64,000 bases of DNA from the human T2T-CHM13v2.0 reference genome, Homo sapiens: assembly GCF_009914755.1 (NCBI RefSeq), contig NC_060927.1; one strand, 5' to 3'. A model generated the notes under the pieces. The model saw only the letters and a list, made by a program, of their open reading frames with translations. It did no database searches and was not told the DNA's origin. Of the stretch, positions 1 to 16,560 are shown in pieces; position 1 is the stretch's first letter; each line of letters opens with the position of its first letter. A program made the translations under genes and the position numbers.

Positions 1-1809
1 CCTCCTTTCAGTGTCTATGAGGAAGTTTCTGCACTTTGTTTGACCCGACTGAACTTTGTCACACTGGCTTCTCACCACCCCTGATGAAGCAAGCCACTAA
101 ATCTTACCAACTATCTCTTTGTTGTCTCTTGTATGTTCCCAGCCCCTCCTTCCAATCTTACCAAGCCAGTTAAGTTGCACTTTTCACCTTCTCCGTTGAC
201 ATAAAATGAAGTAACTGCATTTATTTGGATATTGACTGCACATTTTGTCAACATCTCAGATTTTATAAGTCAACTAGATCGTGTTTCAAGGCAAAGTCCT
301 AAAATTTCATAGCTCATCTCTATTTGCTTGCTCAGTGCAAAGTAACGAAATGAAAAACCCAGAACTCCAGAGAAAGTTTGTTTAGTCTTGTCATCATATA
401 ACTGAACTAAATTATTCTGCACCATGTGAGTGTTTTAAAACATTCTATTATGGAAAAGGAAGCTATTAGTTTGTTAAAATATACTTAAATTTGATAGGCA
501 TTTAACCAATGTCTATGAATGTATAGTGTGCAGGAACAAAAATTATTGGATCACTGAATGCAATATGAATTAAATGTTGTAGAAAAAGCTGATGCAGCTT
601 TTTCTACTAGTGTCTAGTAGCTTTTTTTCAGTAATGTCCACCTACTAAATGAAAATGTTAGGACTACAGGGCCTCGCTCCCAACTTCAGTTGTATGGGAA
701 AACAAGGTCAACCTCCTGTTCGCTTATAAGATAGAGAATTGTTGTACTTGACACCTGGAGACATGATTGTCAGAGCTTCTAAAATATTTCATGGAATACA
801 TTATCTAACCATGTTAATATAAAACACGAGACTTGAGGCTATTTACATCTGAGTACCTGACTTTAGAAGAAGATCCTTTACTGTTCAAAATACTGTACGG
901 AACCTACTGGTAGATATTGTTAGCTCCTTACCTAGTATCCTGAGTTTTACACAGAATCCTCTCTGGTGATGCTACCCATTCCGAAGTAAAGAAATGTTAT
1001 TTAACATCAATATAGAAACATACTGATGAATATGCACATAGATTATCTTTGAAAACAAACACATTTCTCTTTTTTAGCCTTGGGAAACATTAACTTTTTT
1101 TAAAATTAGAGATTCATCTTATTACACTTGATTTGTGAAAAAAAATTAATTACAATGCTACATTCTAATGATTCAAAAAATAATTGAAGTCAGTCTATCA
1201 GGTGGCCCAGAAATTATGCTATAAGCTTTAAGCTATATTCAATTGCTGAGTTAGATCAAGATTAGAATTTTCCTATAATGCTTCTATTTCGGAAGCTGTT
1301 TTGTCCATTAACCAAAGAAGAAGTCTCAAAATGCTTGGGACATTGTTACCTTCAAAACTATGTGGGGAGTGTGGGCAAGCAAGTGCCTGTTTGTCTGTGT
1401 GCAAAAGTGAACCATTGAGCATCCTTTTCTAAGGCACTAAGACGTGCCCTTAATTCTTAATTCTGGAGAGCTGTTGGAATCCCACTGAATGAAGCCATCT
1501 AACTCGCTCTGTCCAGTTTATATTGCCTCCTGAGCCAGTTCTTGTTCATAGTAAAGTTGAATTTTATAACCTACCCTGCCCCAGTATTTCCTTATATAAA
1601 TGGGTGACAAAGAGGAGTTCCATTGCAATATTTTTAAGAGAAAATTATTTTAGATTTGAATTCTGCAAAAATTCTGGATACAGGGGAAACTGTTAAAGCG
1701 CTGCTGCCCACTCATCCCATGAGCATTTTAAATTATGTACAATATGCCAATGAGCATTTAAAGCTGACTAAGAAAGTGTGTCGACCTATAAGAACCAAGT
1801 GAGGGGGTA

Positions 1810-2335
<526 letters not shown>

Positions 2336-2989
2336 TCAGATAACTATTATTTGAAAACATAATGACATCTAGTTCAAACTTGTGACTGAGTTCCACAGTA
2401 GAATTCACAGAAAAAAAATTATTAAATATAATATTTCCATCAGTCTGTGTCTAAAAGATTAAAAAAGAGCAAATAACAATCTTAATAAACTGATGATAGA
2501 TTATAGCCTCATCTCTTCCAACATCCGATTCTGTGGAAATTTGCATGGACATCTGAAATGGTTAAGCAAAATAAGTTTTCTTGTGTTTTTTTATAAACGC
2601 CTAGAGCAATCCATATTTTTCCTCTTGATTTTGACCTTTTTCCAAAAAAAAATAAATGTAATCTGTAGAAAAGAAATTTCATATTACCAAAATAAGTGAC
2701 ATTTTCATTTAAGTAATATCTTCCATTATAAAAAGACATTTTACTGAACTTCGATAATAAAGCTTTCATTTTATCCTCTTATGCACAGACCCTAAATTTA
2801 TATAAATACATATTTGTCTATATATAGAAATATATATGTAAGTTATAGAGCTATAAATGACAATTGTAGTGTTCAATTACCTATATATTTACAGCTAAAG
2901 TATAGGTAAATTTTAGATAATGATGTTGATTATTATGCCACCACAAATGTGACTACTTCTGCCTCTAATAATACTATCAATGATAATAA

Positions 2990-3165
2990 CTACTACCCCA
3001 CCCTGTTTATTATGTTCTAGACACTGTACAAACATCCTAACTATACATTACATTTAATCCTTATACCACTACCACCAAGATATAGATATTAATCTCATTT
3101 TGCAAATGAGAAAACTGAGGCTTACAAAAGTCAAACAAATTGTCATTGGCCATACAGTTAATAAA
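2990..3165 (-). mobile_element. MIR SINE
   Basis: Core ctcattttgcaaatgagaaaactgaggctt preceded by tttaatcctt. Confidence 0.8.
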
Positions 3166-3194
3166 GAGAAAAGGCAATCTAAATATATTGTTAC

Positions 3195-3370
3195 TTTAAG
3201 CTCCCAACTTTACCACTTACTGATTGTCTGGGTTTTGACTCTCTGAACCTAGTTTTTTCTCACCTAAAGACTGGGAACCATACCTACCTAATACAGTGGT
3301 TTTGAATATGAACTCTAATGTTATATATAAAGATACTTGTAATACACAACAGCCATAAAAGTGTTAATTA
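3195..3370 (+). mobile_element. MIR SINE, opposite orientation to its neighbour
   Basis: taccacttact...ctctctgaacctagttttttctcacctaaagactggg...tacctacctaata. Confidence 0.7.
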
Positions 3371-5740
3371 TCATCCCCATGAAAAAGCAATAAAGAGGAT
3401 TTATATAATAAAAACTTGAAAACAATATATCTACAGAAATAACTTACAGTAGAATGATAATAGAAGGCAGGAATAGCTTACTGTGAGTGTTTCTTATAGT
3501 TTCATAAGTGTCATAACACACTGGAAGACTATAGAAATCTTAAACACATCATTTATTGTAAGTCCCACTGAAGATTGATCTCAAAATACATAGGATGAAC
3601 CACATAAATTGACCCTACTATAAAAATTCAAAGGGCTTTCCAGATACATCTCTCTTTTTATTTTAATCTTTTAAAAGCATGTTTAGATTATATTCATTTG
3701 ATTTTAGTGGAGCTTTTCTCTAAAATAAATTGCCTATACATGCACACACTAACACATGTGGAATTCCTTTTCTGTAATCCTCAAAGAGGCTTTTGATTCT
3801 TCTTCTGATTCTCCAAAAAAGAGTCAGTGAGCAAGTGAGATGCGTACTGGGATTTGGATGGCTCCAGAGTCACTGCATACATTTACATAGAAACCAGATG
3901 GCTGTGGAAAATGTTTCTTTTTTATTTAAAAAAAAAAAAAAAAAAGGATTATTGAGGTGTTTCTACAGACTCTTATCCTAAAATAGATAAAAAGTGCAAA
4001 TCAAAGGCAAACTAAAGGGAAGTGGCATCCAAAATACTGCAGAAGCTCATCACAGTTTAACCACATATCCCTCAGGGGGAAACTCTTAAGAAAGTCACAT
4101 TACTAGGACATAGGTAGGACCTTGTCCTAGAGAGTCTGGGGCTTTCATTATTCAGGGAAAAGGAGGGAAGAAGGAAAGGGGAAATCTTGGCCAAGAAAGT
4201 TGAAAGTCCTTGCCCTTCGAAGGCTTATTTTTTTTTTCTCCCTGCAAAACTAACCACAAGTTTATAAGATGGGATGTTTAAGGGACTTCACTTTTTAATC
4301 TTGTAATATTAATTCCCTGAAGCTTTGAACTGACAGGCAGGCCAATGTAAATGAGCCAGAACGAGAGTCAGAGCCAGAATATTTGTTGTACCAAGACAAA
4401 AAAATGTGTTATTAGTGCTCAGTGATTAATGAGCATGCAAGAGGAAGGGATATAACATGTATAAAATTGTCTTGGTACGTACATGGTTTACACAATATAA
4501 GGGCAAAATACAATCGACTTTACTACATACTCATATATACACAGATACCCATATCTTACAGATGCATCTGTACCATATGGGACATTTCATGTGAATTTGC
4601 ATTCATGTTTAGCATTTCAAAAAATGATAAAAATCTGAATAGACATTTTACATTTGTGAAATGTCACATACACACAGTAAACAATGCTTATTCATCAGTG
4701 CATTTATTGGTTTCCTATACTTTAATGATATTTTGTCTTAAATAATTCAGATTCAGTACTTAGTGGTAAGTTAATTTCACTGGCAAAACAAATTAACCAA
4801 GTCTATGCTAACCCATGCATGGAGTGACAGTGGAAAAATTTAGTAAGGAATGCCATTATAATTCAAACAACTAGGGAAGAAAAAAAAGCACAGCATTGAA
4901 GAAAAAATACTTTTTAACAAAAGAAAGTTTTCTAGAAAAATATGATATTCTAACAAAAACATAGCATTTCACTTTATGAAATTTAAATTAATAATATCCT
5001 TTTCCTTTATGTCTGACCACCAAACATGTTCAGAAGAATATAAAGGTCTGCCTACAAATTATACATGTTTATAATAAAGCACATCTAGCATCAACTATTC
5101 ATCAGGATTGGCTGAAGCCAAAAAAAGAGAAAGTTTTGAGGAAGTTAGACATGATGGGGAGGGGTGTGGAGGGACAAGAGATACAGAGGGGTGACCTGTT
5201 AACCCCATCAACTGCACCATGTCAAAGCTGCAAATAGCTGTGATTGGCCAAGCCAGCGAGAAGGAGAAAATAGCCACTGTATTTTAGGAATTAAATAAAA
5301 TATAGAATAAATAAAAGGATGGAGACATAGTAATTACCCACAATAAACATTAGGGAGATGGGGGAATTTTCGTTTGGCCAGTTGCTTGGTTGACATCCCT
5401 CCCCAATTTGATCTCTTCTTATTTTCAAGGCTGGATCCCAAAACTAAACACCAACACCACTACCCTAAGCAATGAAAAGCAAATTATTTGCCGAATAAAA
5501 GTTTCAGATATGCTATTTTCACATTATTTGTATTACAAGTAAATACAAATTTTAATTTTTTAACTTGTTTTATATTATGATAATATAATGTTTTAGCAAT
5601 CATTGTTGCAGGTAAAGAAAACCCAAAATCAATATAAAACAAACAAATATGAAAACAAATCATTTTTGTGCTGCTTAGGAAAAAGGAGTTCTACATAACA
5701 ACTGTGCTTTCCACTTCTTTTCTTTTCACTACTTTTTTGT

Positions 5741-5853
5741 CTTTTCTTCCTGCCCTCCCTACCTCCCCGCCTTCCTTCCTTCTTTCCTTCCTTCCTTCTC
5801 TCCTTCCTTCCTTCCTTCCTCCCTCCCTCCCTCCCTTCCTTCCTTCTTTCTTT
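5741..5853. repeat. (CCTT)n/(CCCT)n compound microsatellite
   Basis: Directly visible polypyrimidine tetranucleotide repeat. Confidence 0.95.
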
Positions 5854-6312
5854 GTCTTTAAAGCATAAGAGCAAACCCAGACGGTAGCAATTCTGTTTAC
5901 TCTTTTTGAGGCATCTCTCTAGACCTTCCTTCTGAGTGTTTTCTTTCTTTTAATAACACTTTCTTAAAAAAAAATAAATAAAAAACTTTCTAGAATGGAA
6001 TGTGCAAATTTTGCTGGCTCTCTTCTGCTTTCTCATAGGATTAAATCTGTAAAGAGTTAGTTATTGGTTTTATTAACCCTAATATATCCAGTCAATTTGC
6101 ATAACTATTTTTAGCTACTCATTTGTATTTTCCTCCTTTAAACACCAATATCATTGTTCTGGAATCAATTCTGCTGCTCAAAAGGAAATTGTACAGAAAG
6201 AGGCAATGCAGTTAATAATTTTATCTTTGTTGATGTGCTAATTGGGTTCAAATTAACACATATGCAAAATACGGTGAAGCACCGGACATTATTAGCTCAT
6301 TCCATCTATAAA

Positions 6313-6466
6313 CATGGTTCTCAAAGTTAGAATCACCAGGAAAGCTTTATAAAGTTCTGATAAATGGATCCTGTTCTCATAGATTTTAATTTGATTGTTC
6401 AGGATGGGCCTTGGGGATCAGAAGTTTTAAAACTCCTCAGGTGATTCCAACCTGCAAGAACCACAG
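6313..6466. mobile_element. MER5-family hAT-Charlie DNA transposon
   Basis: Termini catggttctcaaag...agaaccacag; internal ttagaatcacc and caggtgattc. Confidence 0.8.
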
Positions 6467-9400
6467 AAGACGGAGAACGCTGGTTGATGAGGAGAAGGTC
6501 ATTCATTGCGAGAGAGAAATAGTTGAGGTCAGAGAGGATGCTGATCCTGTATAATAAGTACACTGGGAAGACAATCAAATATTTCCAACTCATCTGTGAT
6601 TTTCAAAACTTGTTTGTTGAATTAATCAGGAAAAAGAAGAAAATAGCAAATAAATAATTGCCATTTTACAGTGGCAAATAAATAATCACATGTATCCCTT
6701 TGGAGCCAGTGGCCCACCAAAGGTGGAGTCTAAGGAGAAAATGAGCCATGTAATGGAAAAGATGCAATTCTTCAGATAAGACAGGTGAAACCATCATGGG
6801 GTCTATCTTTGGAATTTAATTACATAGTTACCTATTTAGACTTCCCTTGCATATCTGCACTCCCTCAATAGAGGTAACAGAGAGTTCAAAAGAGGAAAAA
6901 TAGTGTTACAATTCTAAAAGGGCTCCAGTTCTGCTGGCCTGTGGCAAATAAGAAAGAAATGGCCCCCACTGGTTTATACAAAACGCAGTTCATTTTTTTC
7001 AGGGGTTTGTCATTCCTATGCTTAGGTGGCTATCATTCTATTTTTCACTATGAATGTTGAGCTCTGCTCACCACTGGACTGAACAAGGAAGCAGAAGTTG
7101 GCTATGAGACAAAACTACTCACACACATCAGACAAGCCATATGAAAACAACAGAGCAAAAACAGCCTTCAAATAAATTGCACTAGTAAGAAGTTTGGAAC
7201 TATTTGCTGAGAGCTCAGCATTTGTGATGATGAAGACTGATTTAATTTTGAACTAGGAAAGAAGGCATTTTCTGTATTCTCTGTGCTATTTTCCTTCAGC
7301 TCATGATAATCTTCCTCAGTCCTTTTCCTGAAACAGAATACAATTCTGTCCCTCTATGGCTCTCCTTCAGCATGTCAAAAATTGAGGTGAGCTCAGCGTG
7401 CGCTTGGAAGGTTGGGGAAGAACTTTTACGAAATGGGCAAAGTTTGTTCCAGGGAAAGCAGAGAAGACATTTGAATATTCCATAAGTGCAATCCTCAATA
7501 TAAGTATGTAAATATATAACTGAGATTCACACAGTAAAAGATGACTTCAGAACCCCACAGTTGATAGGACTTAAAATAGTTGAAACACCTCAATTTTTGT
7601 TACACTGTGTTATAATATGTATTCATTATTTATGTTTCTTTTATTTGTTTTAACTCAAAATCATGTAAAATGATTTGGAAGAAAAGTTTAACAGTCAGTT
7701 TTATGGGTAATTCATGCTTGCATTTGATTCATTATTATGATTGCATTTAATATATGTATATAATGAATTTATAAAACAAAGAAATCCATTTTACTAAACT
7801 ATGATTTCATATTATCTTAATACATTTAGAAACAGAAAAATTAGTTTTGGTGTTCCTATACATTATATATTACTTAATTATTTTAGAGGAATAAGGCAAT
7901 GGCAGACTTTATGCAAACTATGTTTTAGAGAATTTGCGATTTTTTAGCGTTTGGTTTTGTTAGATATCAAAATGGCTTTCTGGATTCATCTTTGGTGTTA
8001 CTGTTTCTAATATCATTTTATATAAAATAGTAATTGTGGCCCACTTGGACTCTTTACTCTTTTTGCAGAAATGTTAAAATTCCAGTGAAATCATACACTA
8101 TTCTATGTAAGTCACAGGAAACCATCTTTTCAAAAAATATGACACAAAGTCTTGTAATAACATTTCCTGAGTACAATCTAGGGAGCTTCTGGGGGGCCAA
8201 ATGAAGTCATAGAAGCAGAGCCTCCTGTAAAAAGTGAGAAATATTAATAAACACAATGTTTCTCTCTCATCAAATAAAAGCTCACCACAAAGGACTACCT
8301 CATGGCCTACAGGAAAAAAAATTTAATATTGTAAAGCATTGCAATGAAAACATTAAAAGTTACACTATTTTTTTTTTACTGAGGATAATGTTAAATCTGA
8401 AGAAACTCAATATAATTCACTTATCAGTGCTTGAAATAAAATACATGTTTAATATGCATCAATTCCAGGCCATTTGTCTCATGCTTTTAAAAGGATTCTC
8501 CATTAAAACACTGTATTTCTTCCTTAAAAGTTTTGTGATGGGTTTCCAGCCATTTCCGTTTATTGCTACACAGAAGGGAATGACTGGGCAGGTAAATTAC
8601 TTAAATAGATGGCTGCTAAATGAGAATGAACTTTGACTCATTTAAATTAACTCCAATATTTATTATTAAAAGCTTGACAATGCTCTTGGAAATAATCAAG
8701 CATTACCACTAGAATAAATGAATTCAATGAAAAGGACTAAAAAGTAACAGCATTTTGTTTCAGAGATACTACCTTTATGTAAAAATCAAGGATCCATAAA
8801 AGGCTTGATGAACATTACCACAGTGTAATATTTGATAGAAACATCTCAGTAACTTTAGATATTTTTTCCGAGAGAAATTCAATGCAAGATACTCTGCAAG
8901 TGACTAGAATAACTATTTTTTAAAAAGACAAAGTAGTTAAGTTTTATATGTAAATTTTAATGAAATAGGAAGTGATTCTGTCTTCATGTATGATTGCGTC
9001 CATGAATAAGATTTATCATCTATGGAAAATAACTACTTATGTGAAATCACTGCTTAATTTAGAAGTTATTTTAGTTAGCCAATAAGTTAAATTATAGACC
9101 TAAGGGTTGGGTAGGGAGAGAGAAAGAACACCACCATTGTTAACATTTAATCTCTGTATACAATATATAAATTTTTTTAGGCAAGAAGGAAAATTAGTAA
9201 GATTTCCTTGCTACTGTAGGACATTTCTACATTCATACATCTGAATGACTCTCTGTGATTTACACTAGAATGAGACCTCTCAGACCTGTGGTTCAAAAGC
9301 ATAAGCTTGGAAGAGATTTCAATTTATTGATTCCCGACACGCATCCTTTTGTCAGTTTCAAGAACACATTTGCTGTTATTAATACCAACCTCCATCTTTT

Positions 9401-9489
9401 TAACTCAAAATGTCACTGTAATAAGAAAAAAAAATAACTGATGGCCCTGATACAAACCCCTAGGGGGTCATTGTTGCCTGGGAATGAGT

Positions 9490-9650
9490 TTCCAGTTGCT
9501 GTTTACCTGTGTATGCCTTGCCTTGAAACCAGGAATGTACACATGCTTCATGGACAAAGTCCCTGTCTTCTAGAAGCCCTCAAAACTCTGAAGCCCGAGC
9601 CAAATACTGTGTACTCAGAAGATGCCCAAGAAGTGTTCCTGGAACTGAAT
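9490..9650 (+). mobile_element. L2 3' end fragment (degenerate)
   Basis: Weak similarity to the L2 terminus, ending gtgttcctggaactgaat. Confidence 0.4.
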
Positions 9651-10019
9651 CCTTATAAAAGGGCATTGTTAAAACATGACATTGCCCCCTGCTTGACCTC
9701 CAGCCTTCTACACAAATAGATGTGAAAAGATGTGTCTGTGTGTCAAAGTGTATTTTTCACATGGTGACTAATGTTTAATATAATCTATACTCAGCCATTA
9801 CAGGAAAATAAAGATGATATCAGCAACCAACCCTGAGTGATAGCCTATCTGTCCTTTGTGACTAATTTTCAATACTGTTTACCAAAGAAAAATAGGTTTT
9901 CAAAAGCCTATTCCCTTTATCAAGAATACAAGAGAATTCATAAGTGCTGCATATTCACAAAACACATGTTTAAAGCATAGCACTTATTTGGTTGCGATAT
10001 AATCAGAGGGTGTTTGTGC

Positions 10020-10411
10020 TTAGCTACACTGAACTACTTGATCATCTACAGCCTTATAGACTCCCTCAGGATCGGAGGCTCTTAAACAAGCTGTTTCAAC
10101 TGCCAGGAACCTGGCCCTCCTCAGTTCCTACCTCCCCTCCCTTGAACTTCTACTCATTCTTCAGGCACCAGCTGAGATTTCACTTCTCCAAGAAGTTTCC
10201 CCGGATGCCTAATAAACTGAGCTAGGTCTCATAGCACCTCCGCCTTACAGAGTGTAATAATTATCACCCTGTATCGTAACTGCCTGTTTGCTTGTAGGTC
10301 TCCCTGCCCTAGACTGTCAACTCTGGAGAGCTGGGGCTGTGTCTTGGTCCCCACTGTGCCCCAAATATCTGGAATGGTAGGCACCTCACAGAAACCCACT
10401 GAATTGAAATG
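10020..10411 (+). mobile_element. L2 3' end
   Basis: cttctactcattcttcagg...ccctagactgtcaactctggagagctggggctgtgtc...tgaattgaaatg. Confidence 0.8.
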
Positions 10412-10520
10412 GTGTGAACTGGGGCTATCAGAAAACTGGAGTAATTTAGGCCAAAGAAACCTTTCTATAGATAACACTTTTTTCTGAATTATAGGTATTT
10501 AGGAAATGTATTTATGTTAG

Positions 10521-10522
<2 letters not shown>

Positions 10523-10554
<32 letters not shown>
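10523..10554. repeat. (GT)16 microsatellite
   Basis: Directly visible. Confidence 0.98.
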
Positions 10555-10555
<1 letters not shown>

Positions 10556-11173
10556 GGGAAGCATAGAAGCTGCAAGAAAAGGAGAGTAAAGGGAGAGAGG
10601 GTGAGAAATGGATCTCATTCCTCTATGCAAGGTTGCACTTCTTCACAAGAATTTCATTCTGCTGTTATACTACACACAATCTTGTAGAATTCCTGCCTCC
10701 TTCATTAGACTATAAACCCCTAGAAGGTAGAGATTATGTTATTTTTTGTCTTTGCTGTTTATCGTTACTCATAGTGTCTTAGCAGATCGGGAGGAAGAGA
10801 GTGATAGGAAAAGGGGGCTTGGGGAAAAAAAGCTATGTTTTTACATTCTCAGAGTAAAAATTTGGAACCACATAGAAAACAGGGCAAGAATTTTGTTTTT
10901 ATGGCACTATGAGAATTTAGGCCATTTTTCCAATGATTTCCAGAAAATATTATATAGAGTAGAACCAAAATCAATATTGAATAAATTAAGGTAATTAGGT
11001 AAGACAAATGAAATAATGTAGGTCGTTAGCATCTACAATGCCTAAAACACAGTACGCATTCAACAAATGTTAATTCCCCTCCCCTGTTTTATTATCTGTC
11101 TTATAACTTACCACCTTGCCAGCATTACATAAGGGCTTCAAGTGTCATGTGAATGTTAAATTAGGACTCCACA

Positions 11174-11340
11174 CCAGGGGTTTTCAAAAATGTGGTCATT
11201 TGGGAACTTTTTAGAAGTGCAAATTCTTGGGCTCACCCCAGACTTATTGAATCAGAAACTCGGGGATGGGGCACAGACATCTGTTTAAACAACCACTCCA
11301 AATGGCTCTCTACAGCTAAAGTTTGAGAACCACTGCTCTA
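11174..11340. mobile_element. MER5A DNA transposon
   Basis: tgcaaattcttgggctcaccccagacttattgaatcagaaactc...aaagtttgagaaccactg. Confidence 0.88.
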
Positions 11341-11426
11341 CACCAATGAGAAAAACATCCATTTTAAATACAGGCAAATGATTTGAAGGGAAGACTGCAA
11401 TGTATGGAAATAACCACCTTACCTAG

Positions 11427-11605
11427 TGTCTTGCTGCTAAAAGTGTGATCCCTGGACCAGCATCCCTGGACTGTCATTGAGTCACCTGGGTGCTTATCAG
11501 AAATGTTGGATTTCAGGCCCTTCCCGGAACTACTGCGACAGAAACTGCATTTTAACAAGATTCCCAGCTGATGTGTGTGTATATTAAGGTATGAGAAGCA
11601 CTGGT
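11427..11605. mobile_element. MER5A1-like DNA transposon
   Basis: aaagtgtgatccctggaccagca...cagaaactgcattttaacaagattccc...tgagaagcactg. Confidence 0.82.
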
Positions 11606-13139
11606 CTAGTGAATATTTTCAGTAATAGAAGATGAGCTACAGGATGGGGGGAAACAAAACAAGTAAAAAATGACATTTAAAAAAAAACTAAACTGAAATC
11701 ACCAAATTTGCTCTCATATAGATGGGTTATGTACAAAGTAATGGGTGTTTGTCTTTATCACATGTGATTTCTCTAATTAAATTTTATATTGTCTAAAGTG
11801 AGTCAAATATATGATGTGGGGGGAAGTGGGAGGGCACCACAACATTTTAACTCTGCTTTCTAACAAGAGAATAGGATGTAAGAGGAAGAACAAGTGGGCC
11901 ACATTTGAAAGCCCAAGACATGTGAAATGAATCTATTATGTATTTGTAGCTGGAACACGTAAACACTGCCAGTGAATTTTTAAATTCTTCATCTTTTGTC
12001 CCACATTCTTACATACATGCACATTTTTCACATATTTAACAAGTAATACTTTTATCACCACGATTTTTGCTATTGATTGCTTCTTTAATAACAAAATGCA
12101 TCACAAACAAAAATGAATGAAGCTGTCTGAGGAGAAAATTCCGTAGTAGCTTTACTGTCAATGCCCATCATAAATAACCATGACATCATAGGAGCCTTAT
12201 CTACGGGTTGCCGCTACTGATCGATGGCATCACTCTAGTAGTGTAAATAGCTTCTAATGTCCCATCTTCCACCTTCAAATAGGCTCTGATTATTTATGAT
12301 AGCTGTTAGGTTACAAGTCTGAGCTGTGGTTTGGATTTATTTTCTACTTATAGCTGCTGTGGATTTCAAGTTAGATAGGATTATTTTTTAGTTAAGATGA
12401 TAAACTGAGATAGAACTGTCATCGAGCCTGGTACACCATCATCTCATCTGGTTGGTGTCACCATTTGACTATGAATTCATAATGCCAGAATGCTTTTGAT
12501 ATTATGATCATCACCGCACCAATATTAAAAGATGGCAGTTAATCACTGGATTTTACAACATGAAAAAGAAAAACATGCACCAGATATAGCTTTCTACACA
12601 ATTAAAATGTTTTAAAAATACATTTAGCCATTTGTTACTAAATTGTAAAGAGGTGTATTGTGTGTATTTATGATAATGAAAGTGTGTCAGCTCCAATGTG
12701 ACAGCTCAAGATGATTTAGGGGATAAAAAGGGAATCCATCAGCTTCTTGCAAGGTATTCTTCATAATCATAAAAGAGCCTGACAGGTAAGTTGGACAAGA
12801 ATATATTTTTGCAGAGGGAAATAGATATGAGCTGTGTCTACATGAGACAAGCAGGTGGAACATTAAAAAATCTGTCAATTATCCAGATATTTTGTCAATA
12901 TAATGACAAATATTTGAAGCATTCTGAACATTAGACAGACATGGTAAGTTATCAAAAATGTTTATGAACTAGACCAGGGTGATAGACTGTATTTTATACT
13001 TGTTCAGGAATTTTAAGCATTATGTAAACAAAGGATTTTTCTAATACAATCTTAAAGTCCCACTTTTAATAGATTTTACCAATTTGTTATTTAAATAATC
13101 TCTACTAAGTCATTCTTTTTCTTTGAGAAAAATTATGCT

Positions 13140-13922
<783 letters not shown>

Positions 13923-16410
13923 TGATTTTTTAATAAGTTCTCAAAACACAAGAAAGTTTTCACCACTCAAAATAGCATGTTCTCAATAGGTATAAGTATG
14001 TTCTGTATATACTTTTCAAGATAATTTTTAAATTATCTTAGTTATAAGACTATTTAAAAATCTCAGATTTCAGTACTTATGCTGTCATATATTACATATT
14101 CAGCAATTAACCAAGTTTATAATGAAATATGTATAATTTATACTTATGGTAAAAATTTTATTTCCTAAATTTGGAATAATTTTGTATGAATTTTATTTAT
14201 ATATAAAATATCTGTTATATTTGGGATTTTTGAATGGTTTTTAACTACACATGAAATAACTGGAACTCAGCTTACCCCTTACAGTATTTTACAAGCATAT
14301 TAATAATAATAGTATATCTAAACTTAATCACTGCAAAGAAAAGTGTCTATTTGAAAATGCCCTAACTCTACCAAATTATAAAATTATCACTACAGCAATC
14401 TATCTTTTCATATTATTTATAAAATTTTTACCTGATCTTTTGCACATTGCTCTTATAAAGTCATTTTGAGAACTACTCTATATATCAAACATTTAAAAAA
14501 TGAAAAGACATGCCACTTTTAATGGTGATAAAGCAACTGCTTGATGATATGTAAAATGAAAACAGAAGGTTTCCTCTAATAATTGTTGCTCTTAGATGAA
14601 TATTATAATTATCCAACTCTCAGATATTTCACTTTCTAATGGTAGTTATTTGAATATTTCTTCCCAATATGGTTTGCACTACTAAAAGTCTCGAGTAAAC
14701 GGAAAATCTCAGTAGAGAGAAAGTGGGAATGTGGCCACTAGGAGCTGACAATAGCTGTTTTGTCACATCTAGGCCCTGGTACTTACTCAGGAAGTGGGGA
14801 TTCGTCCAGCCAGCTGATGCCAGGGGAGGATGATTTATTGCCTGGTGTCCTCAGTGGCAATTGGACCCTTTCCCACTGTCACTCACAACTTGCAAAGATT
14901 GTGTCCTAAAGAAGAGGTTCCCCTCCGTTCTAAAGAGATTACAATGCTTGTCATAAAGTGTCTTTTAACAGAGGGAAACGGGTATGAAAATGGGCAAAGA
15001 AAGGAAACAATCAGAAGAGGAGAGAAGATGGATGTTCTGTAACCTTTTCTCAGAGACCCATTTCTTCTACTTTTTCTCCTGTCTTTAGCAGGTTTTTGTT
15101 TTGGCTGATGACAATGCGTAATAGCCTGATAAGTTGATTTTGTGAGTCCTTTTTCTCATCTCTTGAGAAGACACTAACTCGTTGGGACTTCAGAGGGCTC
15201 GCAGAGGCAGGAGACAACAATTAGTTTGTTGAAGATGTCAGAAAGTAGCTTCAGAGTTTTGCCAGGAGAAATCCTTACTGACAGATCAGTGCTGACAATG
15301 TTGGCAGCTGCTTGAAAAGTGCAGTGAGTGGCTCCAGCATCTTAGGGTCCAAGGAAGAAGGCCACTGCTGCACATTAACTCTGTACTCTGGCTCTGTCTT
15401 CAGAGTAGGAATTCCTCCTGACTCGCCAGAATCAAAAAGGAATGTTGTATTTTTTTAAAAAAGAAAAAAAGTCTAAGAACTGGAGTCTACAAAACATTTT
15501 GTTAAATAGCTTCGTTAATAGCTAAACAAATAGAAAATTGTCAGTGTTGCTGTTAATTTAAATTTAAATCACTGCCTAAATAAGTCTTTATAACTGTTTT
15601 CAAAACCTTTTATGTACTGTACAATTTTAAATTTACTTCTCCATATGTAAAAATATACACTGGCGCTCAACTCTACAGAACATATTAATTTCAATAAATC
15701 TTTTTAAGGGACCAACCTGACATGTTAAGGAGATAAAATGCTTATGGTTGGAACATACTTAAATTAGTCAAACATTTTGCAGTACCATCCTTGAAATTAT
15801 TAAACATTGTTGACATTCAAAATGCCAACAAACTTTTGCTTTAAACTTACCAAAGGAGACTCAAAGTATTGCTTTTCTAATACAAAATAACTTATTTTTC
15901 TAACCTGAAGACATAAAATTGGCGAGTTCTTAAAATTGTTGGAAATAATATAAAATCTCATTGCATTTTGATAAATATTATAAATATTAGTATTTTCCTT
16001 TGGGATAAAAAATAAAAGATTGATCTTTGTAATGAATAAAAGGAAAATACTACATTTTGGTAGCTTCGTAGCCATTTACTTTTTAAAGGAACATAAGTTG
16101 GAATACTATACTGCGTGTGTATGGATGTGTGTCTATATCATGTAAATGACATATATGTGTTTTTTGTGTAAAATTATCACTTTAGGCATAGTGTCCTGGA
16201 AGTTGTAATATAGTGAGGGGTTATTTATAGAAAATCTCTCAGAATGTTTCCCAGATAGAGCTAAATGTAAACCTTCTCTATATTTTGAAAAAAACTACAT
16301 CAACTACAGTGTGTTTCTCACATTTCTAAAAAGAGTATAAAGTGCTCAAGCGGGACAAATAAGAAGAGATGTAAATGGGGTAACCTTAAATATTCTACAG
16401 AGAGGAGTCC

Positions 16411-16560
16411 CAGTGAAAGCCCTGAGTGTCAAGAAGCCTGAATTCTAGGCTTTGTTTTGCCACCAACTAGCAAATGACCTTGAGCCTCTCTGGGACCCAC
16501 TTGCCTCATCAGTAAAATGAAGGGTTAAACAGGATGATCTCTCAAAGGAACCTTTTATAG
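16411..16560 (+). mobile_element. MIR3/MIRc SINE
   Basis: tgccaccaactagc...tgaccttgagcctctctggg...cctcatcagtaaaatgaaggg. Confidence 0.75.

Noticed and set aside
5109-5122. TTGGCTGAAGCCAA as an NFI site
   Set aside because: The spacer is 4 nt, not the canonical 5.
5741-5853. GGAA microsatellite as an EWSR1-FLI1 enhancer
   Set aside because: Uninterrupted GGAA runs are only about 4-5 units, so support is weak.
5629-5874. Low-complexity ORFs here and at 50074-50406
   Set aside because: Translations of microsatellites.
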